DNA from: Actinomycetota bacterium | GTDB lineage: Bacteria; Actinomycetota; UBA4738 | Reading direction: 5' to 3' | Assembly (NCBI GenBank): GCA_040414485.1 | Contig: JBEDUK010000027.1 | Coordinates: 9,208 to 73,207, forward strand | DNA length: 64,000 nucleotides | Shown here: piece after piece, positions 55,912 through 64,000 of the stretch | How the letters are laid out: each line of letters opens with the position of its first letter | How positions within the stretch are numbered: position 1 is the stretch's first letter | Notes under the pieces: generated by a model | What the model saw: the letters and a program-made list of their open reading frames with translations, nothing else | The model's database searches: none | Told to the model about the DNA's origin: nothing | Position numbers and translations under genes: made by a program

Positions 55912-57825
55912 TCAGGCCGTCAGCGGCCGCAGAGACCCGAGCTCCATCGCCTCGTCGCCCCCCTGGGCGCGGATGATGTGGAGCACGGCGTTGATGAGCG
56001 CCAGGTGCGTGAACGCCTGGGGGAAGTTCCCGAGGTGGCGTCCGTTCCGCGCATCGAGCTCCTCGGCGAAGAGCCCCAGAGGACTCGCATAGGAGAGGAG
56101 CTTTTCCAGCAGGTGGTTCGCCCGATGCACCTCGCCGATCTCGGCCAGCGCCGAAACCAGCCAGAACGAGCAGATCGTGAACGTTCCTTCCGTTCCTTCG
56201 AGGCCGTCGTCGGTGTCCTCGGGCCGGTACCGCATCACGAGATCGTCGACCGTGAGCTCGTCGGCGATGGCCAGGACGGTGGCCCGGAGGCGTTCGTCGT
56301 CGTGGGGCAGGAACCGGAACAGCGGGGCGAGGAGCAACGAGGCGTCGAGCGCCTTCGACCCGTAGGACTGGGTGAGCACGCCGCGCTCGTCGACGCCCTT
56401 GGCCAGGACGTCCGCCTGGATCCGTTCCGCCTCGCGGCCCCAGCGGGCTGCGAGATCCGCGCGCCCGAGCTTGTCCGCCAGTCGAGCGCCACGGTCGCAC
56501 GCCACCCAGCACATGATCTTCGACGAGGTGAAGTGCCGGGGCTCGCCCCGGATCTCCCAGATCCCGCGGTCCGGTTCCTGCCAGTGCGCGATCGCGTCGT
56601 CGACCTGCCGCTCCACCACGCCCCAGATCCGCTCCGGCAGGTACTCCTTCGATCGCGCATGGAGCCACACCGAGTCGAGCAGCGCCCCCCAGACGTCGAG
56701 CTGGACCTGCGAATAGGCGTCGTTCCCGACCCGAACAGGAAGCGAGCCCCGGTACCCAGTGAGGTGGTCGAGCGTCCGCTCGGTGAGCACCCGCTCGCCG
56801 CCGACGCCGTACATGACCTGCAGGTCGCCCTCGGCCGCCACGTCCGCGATGAAGTTCAGGAAGCTGTCGGCTTCGAAGTCGAAGCCCAGCGTGTAGAGCG
56901 CCCAGAGGGCGAATGTCGAGTCTCGCACCCACGTGTACCGGTAGTCCCAGTTGCGCCCGCCGCCGGGCGACTCCGGAAGCGAGGTGGTCGGGGCCGCGAT
57001 CAGCGCGCCCGTCGGCGCATACGTCAACCCCTTGAGGGTCAGAGCGCTGCGCTGGAGGTGACTTCTCCACGGATGATCCGGGAACTGCCCCTGCGTCAGC
57101 CAGCGCCGCCAGTAGTTCGCCGTCCGTCGGAGCCGGTCACGCGCTTCCTCCAGCGTGTCGGGGCACTCGTGCCGCCCCCATCGAAGCGCGACGAACGCGT
57201 CGTCGCCCTCCTGCATCGTCGTATAGGCCTGCGCCGAGCGCCCCTCGAAACCGATCCGGAGGTTCGTCCTCAGCCGCAGGACCGGGTCGGCAGAGCCGCC
57301 GTGCACGGCGGCGCTGAGATAGCCCTCCTCCTCGTACTCCCATCGCCCGTTCGTGGCCCCGTAATCGAAGACGGGCTCGCAGCCCATGAGGACGTCGACG
57401 TGGCCGGTCATGCACCGCACGGTTCGCAGCAGAACGTGCTCGGCCAGGTAGTCGGTCGGCGGCCGCCGATACCCTTCGAGCCGGTGGTCCTCGTTCCACG
57501 GTCCGACCAGGAGCGCATCCCGGACCACGATCCATCCCGTCACCGTCTGCCAGGTGGTCTCCAGGACCATCGTGCCCGGCAGGTACCTCCGCCCAGCCGG
57601 GACGGCCTGGCCGGCGGCGGCGAGACGGAACGACCCAGCCCTGCGGTCGAGGATCGCCCCGAAGACGCTCGGCGAGTCCGGGCGGGGCAGGCAGAGCCAT
57701 TCGACGCTGCCGTCCGGCGCAACCAGCGCCATGGTTTCACGGTCGGACAGGAACCCGTATTCGCCGATGAGCGGGAAGGGACCACGCCCCAGATCGTGAT
57801 CGTCAAGTTCCACCCAGTCGGACAT
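55912..57825 (-). CDS. Glycoside hydrolase family 15 (trehalase/glucoamylase-like)
   Basis: WLCLPRPDSPS, AAPTTSLPE..GG.RNWDYRYTWVRD, GIWEIRG, LFAEE, GNFPQAFTH. Confidence 0.92.
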   Translation of the reverse strand: MSDWVELDDHDLGRGPFPLIGEYGFLSDRETMALVAPDGSVEWLCLPRPDSPSVFGAILDRRAGSFRLAAAGQAVPAGRRYLPGTMVLETTWQTVTGWIVVRDALLVGPWNEDHRLEGYRRPPTDYLAEHVLLRTVRCMTGHVDVLMGCEPVFDYGATNGRWEYEEEGYLSAAVHGGSADPVLRLRTNLRIGFEGRSAQAYTTMQEGDDAFVALRWGRHECPDTLEEARDRLRRTANYWRRWLTQGQFPDHPWRSHLQRSALTLKGLTYAPTGALIAAPTTSLPESPGGGRNWDYRYTWVRDSTFALWALYTLGFDFEADSFLNFIADVAAEGDLQVMYGVGGERVLTERTLDHLTGYRGSLPVRVGNDAYSQVQLDVWGALLDSVWLHARSKEYLPERIWGVVERQVDDAIAHWQEPDRGIWEIRGEPRHFTSSKIMCWVACDRGARLADKLGRADLAARWGREAERIQADVLAKGVDERGVLTQSYGSKALDASLLLAPLFRFLPHDDERLRATVLAIADELTVDDLVMRYRPEDTDDGLEGTEGTFTICSFWLVSALAEIGEVHRANHLLEKLLSYASPLGLFAEELDARNGRHLGNFPQAFTHLALINAVLHIIRAQGGDEAMELGSLRPLTA

Positions 57826-57878
57826 CCCAACCTCGCGTCGCATGCCGTTACCTCACCACACTCTGAGTACGGGTGGCA

Positions 57879-58652
57879 TCAACGATCCGCTCGCGTCGCC
57901 GCGTCGCCGGCGCCGCCGCCCCGTCCTTCAGCCGCCATCGCGACGGCGCGGTGCAGCGCCGCGTCGAGCATCTCCGGGGTCAGCCGCCCTGTGAAGGTGT
58001 TCTGCTGGCTCGGATGGAACGACCCGATCACCCGCAGCGGCCCGACGGCCGTCTCGAACCCGTGGCCGAACCGCGGACGCGGCCGCGGCGCCGGCCACCC
58101 GGCCGCCTCGCCCGTGCGGAAGACCCCGTCCCAGGCGAACGATCCCAGCGCGACCGCAACGCGCAGACCGGACAGGAGCGCCATCTCCCGCGCCAGATAC
58201 GGCAAGCAGGTATCCCGCTCGACGGGCGTGGGACGGTTTGCCGGCGGCGCACAGCGAACGACCGCGGCGATGTACGCGTTGCGAAGACGCAGCCCATCGT
58301 GCCTGCCGACGGACGTGGGCTGGTTCGCCAGTCCGACCCGATGCAGTGAAGCGAAGAGGAAGTCGCCCGACCGGTCGCCGGTGAAGATCCGGCCCGTCCG
58401 GTTGCCGCCGTGGGCCGCGGGCGCGAGCCCCACGATCAGGATCGCGGCTTCGGGATCGCCGAACCCGGGCACCGGCCGCCCCCAGTAGTCCTGGTCGGCG
58501 AACGCGGCGCGTTTCTCGGCCGCGACCCGCTCCCTCCAGGCGACCAGGCGCGGACACAGCCTGCAGTGGACGACCTCTTCGGTCAGGGCTTCGAGCCGCA
58601 TGGCCGGCCCGCCCCCGGGGTCCGAGCGCGCCACCCCCTGGAGATCGTCCAT
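57879..58652 (-). CDS. udgB: Uracil-DNA glycosylase, family 5 (UdgB-like, Fe-S)
   Basis: CRLCPRL, GLAPAAHGGNRTGRIFTGDRSG, RCAPPANRP, FHPSQQN. Alternative start ATG 58601. Confidence 0.88.
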   Translation of the reverse strand: MDDLQGVARSDPGGGPAMRLEALTEEVVHCRLCPRLVAWRERVAAEKRAAFADQDYWGRPVPGFGDPEAAILIVGLAPAAHGGNRTGRIFTGDRSGDFLFASLHRVGLANQPTSVGRHDGLRLRNAYIAAVVRCAPPANRPTPVERDTCLPYLAREMALLSGLRVAVALGSFAWDGVFRTGEAAGWPAPRPRPRFGHGFETAVGPLRVIGSFHPSQQNTFTGRLTPEMLDAALHRAVAMAAEGRGGGAGDAATRADR

Positions 58653-58764
58653 CGGGTGCGGATGCTACAGATACGCTGCTCCAAGGCCGATGCCGAATGC
58701 GACATCGGTGACGGATGCTCGTTGCCCCACCTGGTTCGAGAGGCTGCACGCTATCGCGACGAAG

Positions 58765-59859
58765 ATGGGTGAACCGATCCGCGTGCTCGTGGTCGACGAC
58801 ATGGCGGTCACGCGCGCGATGCTGCGCGAGGCGCTCGACCTCGCGGGCGGTTTCGACGTCGTGGGCGAAGCGGGCGACGGGAAGCGCGCCGTCGAGGTGG
58901 CAGCCGAACTCCAGCCGGACGTCGTGTTGATGGATGTCCGGATGCCGGAGGGCGGCGGTGTCCAGGCGGCTCGGACCATCACCTCCCAGAATCCCTCCAC
59001 CAGGATCGTCGCGCTGACGTGGCACGACGACGCCCAGACCGTCCGCGACATGATCGCCGCGGGCGCCATGAACTACGTCATCAAGGGCGGGACGATCGAC
59101 GAACTGGTCGCAAAGATCCGGCGCGCCCGTGAGGGCGAGCCCGAGCTCGACCAGAAGGTGCTCCCGGCCGCCGTGGAGGACCTTCGCCGGCTGCTCGAGG
59201 AGGAGGTGTCGCGGCGCGAGGAGGTCGAACGCCTGTCCCGGGCGCGGGCGGAGTTCGTGCAGGTGCTCTCGCACGAGCTCCGTACGCCGCTCACGGTCAT
59301 CAGCGGCGCGCTTCACATGCTCGGCGACGTCGATCTCACCGAGGAGCAGGCGTCGATCCGGGCGAGCGCTGTGCGCCGTTCGGAACAGCTCGAATTCATG
59401 GCACAGGGCCTCGAGCTCGTGGCGACCACGCCCGCGGACGATGACCTCGCATCTCCCAGCGAGGCGATCCGGGGCGCGGCGCGGCGCCTGGCGACCCCGC
59501 CCGAGGGATCGTTCGACGACGACGACCAGTGGACGGGCGTTCCGCAACAGTATGTCGAACGCGTCGCCTACGAGCTGCTCACGAACGCCGAGCGCCACGG
59601 ACAGCCGCCGGTCGAGGTGCGGGCGTTCCGCGGCGACGGGTATGGCGTGGTCGAGGTCCGCGACGCTGGCGGCTGGTCGGCGAGGATCGAGGACTTCGGG
59701 GCGTTCTTCCAGCAGGACATGTCCGGCACCCGCCGCGTGAGCGGGTTCGGGCTGGGACTGTTCGTGTGCACGCGTCTGTGCGAAGCATGCGGCGGCGGCC
59801 TGACGATCCGTGAAGAGGACGGCAGGACGGTCGCCGAAGCGCGATTCAGGTTGCGGTAG
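58765..59859 (+). CDS. Hybrid REC-HisKA-HATPase protein without a sensor domain
   Basis: VLVVDD, VLMDVRMP, YVIK, then LSHELRTPL, LLTNAERHG, RDAGGW, GFGLGL. Confidence 0.82.
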   Translation: MGEPIRVLVVDDMAVTRAMLREALDLAGGFDVVGEAGDGKRAVEVAAELQPDVVLMDVRMPEGGGVQAARTITSQNPSTRIVALTWHDDAQTVRDMIAAGAMNYVIKGGTIDELVAKIRRAREGEPELDQKVLPAAVEDLRRLLEEEVSRREEVERLSRARAEFVQVLSHELRTPLTVISGALHMLGDVDLTEEQASIRASAVRRSEQLEFMAQGLELVATTPADDDLASPSEAIRGAARRLATPPEGSFDDDDQWTGVPQQYVERVAYELLTNAERHGQPPVEVRAFRGDGYGVVEVRDAGGWSARIEDFGAFFQQDMSGTRRVSGFGLGLFVCTRLCEACGGGLTIREEDGRTVAEARFRLR

Positions 59860-60472
59860 TCGCCGGAGGCCCCGCCGCGACCGAGAGCAGCATCTGCATG
59901 GCCTGCGCTGCGACGCGGTTGTGATCGACGCCGCGCGGATCCAGCGCCGCGTGGACCGCAAGCCCATCCGCGGTCGCGAGCAGCAGCGTCGCCATCGCGT
60001 CGGGCTCGACCCACGCGGGCAGAAACCTCGCGGAGCGCAGGGACTCGATCTGTTCGGTGAGCAACGCACGCAGCTCGGCGAGCGTTTCGTGAACCCCGGC
60101 CCGAAGCGTGTCGTTCCGGTTCGCCTGCACCAGCGCCTCGAGGTACGCCGAACGAAGCGGGCCACTTCGCTCGAACGCGTCCTGAAGCGCCTGCACGGCG
60201 CCGACCATCCGCGGTATCGGGTCGAGACCGGATCGAAGGCGCTCGACGGCGGGCTCGATCCAGCCGCGGAATGCTTGGAGGAGGGCCTGCGCGGCCAGTT
60301 CGTCCTTCGAGCCGAAGTGGTACGTGATCGCCTGAAGGTTCGTGCCCGCGCGGCGTGCGATGTCGCGTGAGGTGGCCCCGGCCAGGCCGTGCTCGGCGAT
60401 GCTTTCGAGTGCCGCCGCGAGAAGCCGGGCCGGCGTGCCGGACTCGGGGACGGTCCCGAGGTCGTCATTCAT
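59846..60472 (-). CDS. TetR/AcrR family regulator
   Basis: LLAAALESIAEHG..GATSRDIARRAG.NLQAITYHFGSKDEL. Confidence 0.92.
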   Translation of the reverse strand: MNDDLGTVPESGTPARLLAAALESIAEHGLAGATSRDIARRAGTNLQAITYHFGSKDELAAQALLQAFRGWIEPAVERLRSGLDPIPRMVGAVQALQDAFERSGPLRSAYLEALVQANRNDTLRAGVHETLAELRALLTEQIESLRSARFLPAWVEPDAMATLLLATADGLAVHAALDPRGVDHNRVAAQAMQMLLSVAAGPPATTAT

Positions 60473-60486
60473 ACGTTCGTATGATA
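60469..60486. promoter_or_regulatory. TetR operator with overlapping divergent -10 boxes
   Basis: TCATACG-tt-CGTATGA perfect inverted repeat (60469-60484); TATGAT (+, 60480-60485) and TATCAT (-, 60486-60481). Confidence 0.75.
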
Positions 60487-60497
60487 GCGTCCGTCCC

Positions 60498-60944
60498 ATG
60501 ATGGGTGCGTCAACGAACGTCGAACCCCGCGCAGGACGGAGCGTCAGGCTCGCGGCGTGGATCCTTGCAGCGGTGGCCGTCGCCTGCGACATCGGCTACG
60601 TGACGGTCATCGTGCAGCAGGGCAACCTATCGTTCGGCTGGCCCGTCGTCGTGTTCGTCGCCGCCTACGCCGCGGCGCTGGCCTTCGCCGCCCTTGCCGG
60701 CAGCCTTGCGGCGGATGTCGGACGGCGCTCCGCGCTCCTCTCCTGGGCCGCCGCCGGCTCGATGGCCACCGGACTGGCAGGCGCGTTCTCGCTGGTCTTC
60801 GTGCCGCTGCTCCCGGTCGGAGCGGTGCTGTTGGTCGTCACGTCCCGGTCGGAGGGAGTGCGCGTGTCGCCTGTCTGGGCCGTTCTCGCCGTGGTGGTTC
60901 TAATCGCCGGCCTGGTCGCGGCGAACCTCCTCGAGGCGCAGTAG
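60498..60944 (+). CDS. Small multi-pass membrane protein, probable TetR target
   Basis: About four hydrophobic segments; divergent from tetR. Confidence 0.65.
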   Translation: MMGASTNVEPRAGRSVRLAAWILAAVAVACDIGYVTVIVQQGNLSFGWPVVVFVAAYAAALAFAALAGSLAADVGRRSALLSWAAAGSMATGLAGAFSLVFVPLLPVGAVLLVVTSRSEGVRVSPVWAVLAVVVLIAGLVAANLLEAQ

Positions 60945-60959
60945 TGGGCTGAACCGGTC

Positions 60960-61469
60960 TCAGTCTGGTTCGCGAGGTTCGGGACGGCCGGGCTGCTCCC
61001 CCACGCTGCCGCGCTTCGGCACCATGACCTTGCGGCGGAAGTACAGGACCTCGACGCCCTCCTGGTTGTAGCCCCGCGTCTCCACGGTCACGATCCCGCG
61101 ATCCGGCTTCGACGAGGACTCCTTCACGTCCAGCACGGTCGTCTGGGCGTACAGGGTGTCGCCGTGGAACATCGGCGCCGTGTGCTTGAGGGACTCCACC
61201 TCCAGGTTCGCGATCGCCTTGCCGGACACGTCGGGCACGGACATGCCGAGCGCCAGCGAATACACGAGGTTGCCGACGACGACGTTCCGTCCGAACTGGG
61301 TCTGGGTCTCGGCGTAGTGCGCGTTCGTGTGCAGCGGATGGTGGTTCATCGTGATCATGCAGAACAGGTGGTCGTCGTATTCGGTGATCGTCTTGCCCGG
61401 CCAGTGCTTGTAGACGTCGCCGACCTCGAAGTCCTCCAGGTACCGCCCGAACGGCCGCGCCTCGCCCAT
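60960..61469 (-). CDS. MaoC family (hot-dog fold) dehydratase
   Basis: GRYLEDFEVGD, TMNHHPLH, GDTLYAQT.V, GIVTV. Confidence 0.9.
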   Translation of the reverse strand: MGEARPFGRYLEDFEVGDVYKHWPGKTITEYDDHLFCMITMNHHPLHTNAHYAETQTQFGRNVVVGNLVYSLALGMSVPDVSGKAIANLEVESLKHTAPMFHGDTLYAQTTVLDVKESSSKPDRGIVTVETRGYNQEGVEVLYFRRKVMVPKRGSVGEQPGRPEPREPD

Positions 61470-61608
61470 GTCGCCTCGTCTCCTCCGATACCCGTCAAGT
61501 TCGGTTCCTTGGCATCCCGGGGAACCCGCCAGAGCGTACCCGTCGTCGGAGGGCACGTTCGGCTCGGGAGACGAAGGTACGAAGATGGACCTGCGGAAGG
61601 AGGGGACC

Positions 61609-62580
61609 ATGCATCGCACGAGCGTGCGAGCGATGGGAGCCACGGTGCTGACGTTGGCGTCGCTGCTGCTGATCGGATCGCCGGCGCAGGCCGCGCCGCA
61701 GGCGCTTTCGTGGCACAAGATCGCGTCGCGCGACGTCCAGATCGGCGCGGGAATGTCCATGGCCTACGGGTCGGCGGTGGGCACGGTGGCCTTCGGCGGC
61801 TACCTCGGGGGCGGCTCGTACAACGGGTTGACGGCCGTGTGGACCGGTACGGGCTGGGCCATGCAGGTCCCCGGGACATCTCCGTCGCCGAGAGCCGGCG
61901 CGGGCATGGCGTACGACGCCCCGAGCGGGCGGATGGTCCTGTTCGGCGGCTTCAACGGTTCGAAGCACCTGGGCGACACGTGGACCTACGGCACCGACGG
62001 GTGGCGGCACGAGCAGCCCGCCCATGGACCGCACCGCCTCTCCGGCGCGATGATGTTCCCCGACCCGCTGAACGGCCACACCGACCTGTTCGGCGGGTTC
62101 GACGGGCAGTTCTACCAGTACGCGACCTGGCAGTGGAGGGGGTCTGACTGGAAGCGCGTGAAGACCTTTCAGTTCCCCCAGGCGCGCGCGTCGGGCGTCT
62201 GCGCGCTCGACGAGGCGACCGGCCAGGTGGTCCTGTTCGGGGGGATCGGCGACCTTCGCACCGAGAACACCTGGACGTTCGACGGCACCGATTGGACGCC
62301 GCAGTCGCCGCTGCATCAGCCGCCTCAACGGTTCGAGACGGGAGCCGCGTACGACCCGGACCTCGAGGCGGTCGTTGTGTTCGGTGGCGGCAGTCCCGAT
62401 GGAGAACTGGGCGACACGTGGGCGTGGACCGGCTCGGACTGGGTGCAGCTCACCCCGACGCGATCGCCGTCCGTTCGCGAGTCGGACGGGTTGGCGTTCG
62501 ATCCGGGCACGGGCCTGATGCTCCTGGGCGGCCAGCACGGTCACCGGATCAAGTCGGATACGTGGAGGCTGTCCGGCTGA
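61609..62580 (+). CDS. Secreted Kelch-like beta-propeller protein
   Basis: AAGGAGGGG RBS, signal peptide (AQA-AP), repeats of vLFGG...DTW.....W. Confidence 0.82.
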   Translation: MHRTSVRAMGATVLTLASLLLIGSPAQAAPQALSWHKIASRDVQIGAGMSMAYGSAVGTVAFGGYLGGGSYNGLTAVWTGTGWAMQVPGTSPSPRAGAGMAYDAPSGRMVLFGGFNGSKHLGDTWTYGTDGWRHEQPAHGPHRLSGAMMFPDPLNGHTDLFGGFDGQFYQYATWQWRGSDWKRVKTFQFPQARASGVCALDEATGQVVLFGGIGDLRTENTWTFDGTDWTPQSPLHQPPQRFETGAAYDPDLEAVVVFGGGSPDGELGDTWAWTGSDWVQLTPTRSPSVRESDGLAFDPGTGLMLLGGQHGHRIKSDTWRLSG

Positions 62581-62607
62581 CGGGCGACGAACGGGGACCG
62601 ACGCTGA

Positions 62608-63315
62608 TCAGCCGAGCAGCGGGAACCTCTTAGACAGCCGGACGCCAAGCTTCTTCCGCTCCGCTTCCGAGAGCGGACGGCGGCCGGTGCCGGCTTCGAT
62701 GAAGTCCACCACGTCCCAATCGAGCGTCCGGGGCGGTTCGGTCCCAAGGAGCCCGACGAGGATGTCGTCGATGATGCTCACGGCCGAATCCGTCCCCCAG
62801 CCGCGTTCGCCGAGGGCGTCCTGCAGGTCCATGCGATGCACCGTGACCTCCAGCACGCGGGTCCTGAGGTATTCGTCGAGCGTCAGCACCGGGCCGAACG
62901 TCACGACGGGCCGGTTGCGGTCGGCGGCCACGGCGCGCTCGAGCGTTCGGGGCCAGAGGTCGTTCCACGCGTCCCGGAGGGAGGGGCCGTCCGGGAACCG
63001 TGCGGCGAGTTCCTTCGACCGCTCCGCCACGCCGGCCGCGGCGGCGCCGCCGGGAGTCCCGTCGTAGGAGCCGAAGTACGAGACGGCGTCGTGCGTCACC
63101 CGCTCCGGCGCGGGGTTGTCCAGTGCAGCGTTGATGCGGTCGACGTCCCGAACCACGTGCGCGAACAGTTCCTTGAGATTCCACTCGGGGCAGCGCGTCG
63201 GCCGGGCGAAGTCCGATTCGTCAAGTACCTTTACGATCTCGGAGACGGCCTCGCACTCCTCGCGGAGCGCGACGATCGGATCGGTGTCGGGCGGCACCGC
63301 GCCCAGGTCGTCCAC
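62608..63315 (-). CDS. Maleylpyruvate-isomerase (MDMPI)/DinB family protein
   Basis: PTRCPEWNLKELFAHV, RVLEVTVHRMDL. Confidence 0.82.
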   Translation of the reverse strand: MDDLGAVPPDTDPIVALREECEAVSEIVKVLDESDFARPTRCPEWNLKELFAHVVRDVDRINAALDNPAPERVTHDAVSYFGSYDGTPGGAAAAGVAERSKELAARFPDGPSLRDAWNDLWPRTLERAVAADRNRPVVTFGPVLTLDEYLRTRVLEVTVHRMDLQDALGERGWGTDSAVSIIDDILVGLLGTEPPRTLDWDVVDFIEAGTGRRPLSEAERKKLGVRLSKRFPLLG

Positions 63316-63328
63316 GGCAGCCGGCCCG

Positions 63329-64000
63329 CTACCGCTTGTACCGTTCGAGCAACTGGCGCGCGATCACCAGTTTCTGGATCTCGCTCGTTCCCTCGCCGAT
63401 CAGCAGGAACGGCGCGTCGCGATAGAGGCGCTCGATCGTGTATTCGGCCGAATATCCGTAGCCGCCGTGGATCCGGAGCGCCTCGGTCACGATCTCGTGA
63501 CACGCCTCGGTGCAGAAGTACTTCGCCATCCCGGCCTCGAGGTCCGCGCGCACGCCGGCCGACTTCTTGCGGGCCGCCTGCACGAGCATGAGCCGGGACG
63601 CCTCGAGCTTCGTGCCCATGTCGGCCAGCTTCTCCTGGATCATCTGGTGCTGCGCGATCGGCTTGCCGAACGCGACGCGCTCCTGCGCGTAGGCGATGGC
63701 CTCCTCGAACGCCCGGGTGGCCAGGCCGACGGCGCGCGCGCTCACGTTCACGCGGCCGACCTCGATGCCGTCCATGATCTGCCGGAACCCGTCGCCTTCC
63801 TCGCCGAGGCGGTTGGCGACCGGAACGCGGTGGTCCTCGAAGACCAGCTCGGTGGTCTCGACGCCGTGGTAGCCCATCTTCTCGATGCTCGGCGGAACCG
63901 TGATCCCACCGTCGCTGCGCGCATCCGGCTCCTTTTCGACATACAGCACGGTCATCCCACGGTGCGGCGGATCGGCGGTCGGATCGGTCTTGCACAGCAA
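63329..64000 (-). CDS. Acyl-CoA dehydrogenase (5' end outside the window)
   Basis: GRVNVSARAVG, ER.AFGKPIAQHQ, AGMAK, IHGGYGY, IGEGTSEIQ. Confidence 0.93.
   Translation of the reverse strand: MLCKTDPTADPPHRGMTVLYVEKEPDARSDGGITVPPSIEKMGYHGVETTELVFEDHRVPVANRLGEEGDGFRQIMDGIEVGRVNVSARAVGLATRAFEEAIAYAQERVAFGKPIAQHQMIQEKLADMGTKLEASRLMLVQAARKKSAGVRADLEAGMAKYFCTEACHEIVTEALRIHGGYGYSAEYTIERLYRDAPFLLIGEGTSEIQKLVIARQLLERYKR

Overview
High-GC (roughly 70% by eye) core-chromosome segment from an actinomycete-like bacterium. The taxonomy is inferred from PAC2, a mycothiol-enzyme family gene, short leaderless-type promoters and the leuS-comEA-comEC-holA-rpsT-lepA-hemW order. About 59 protein-coding genes are supported. 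Most long opposite-strand ORFs in the supplied track are GC-shadow artefacts. I found no rRNA, tRNA, transposase, integrase, prophage or cas gene. Left to right: hemW (partial), lepA, rpsT, holA, comEC, comEA, VOC, leuS; a secreted delta-60 repeat protein; a 13 kb co-oriented uptake/catabolic block (BtpA, PfkB, CocE, BHMT-like, sarcosine-oxidase-like, then a Dpp-type ABC system and a lipid-kinase-like gene); a membrane protein plus two-component system; a P450; hom-thrC plus a Cys-rich small ORF; a sulfate ABC operon with OscA; a signalling-rich stretch (orphan receiver, PAS/GAF kinase, GAF-GGDEF-GAF-GAF-HD-GYP, REC-kinase hybrid); and assorted enzymes. The best leads are: (1) a Cys-rich small ORF whose UGA is followed in frame by a SECIS-like hairpin and a His/acid-rich tail; (2) the uncharacterised methyl-compound catabolic operon; (3) an exact PafBC/RecA-NDp-type promoter in front of comEA-comEC; (4) three 24-25 nt repeats in the sulfate-operon leader, echoed upstream of comEA; (5) a YchF homologue lacking switch I. 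All calls are by-eye motif recognition with no database searches. Start codons were adjusted by hand and may be a few codons off.
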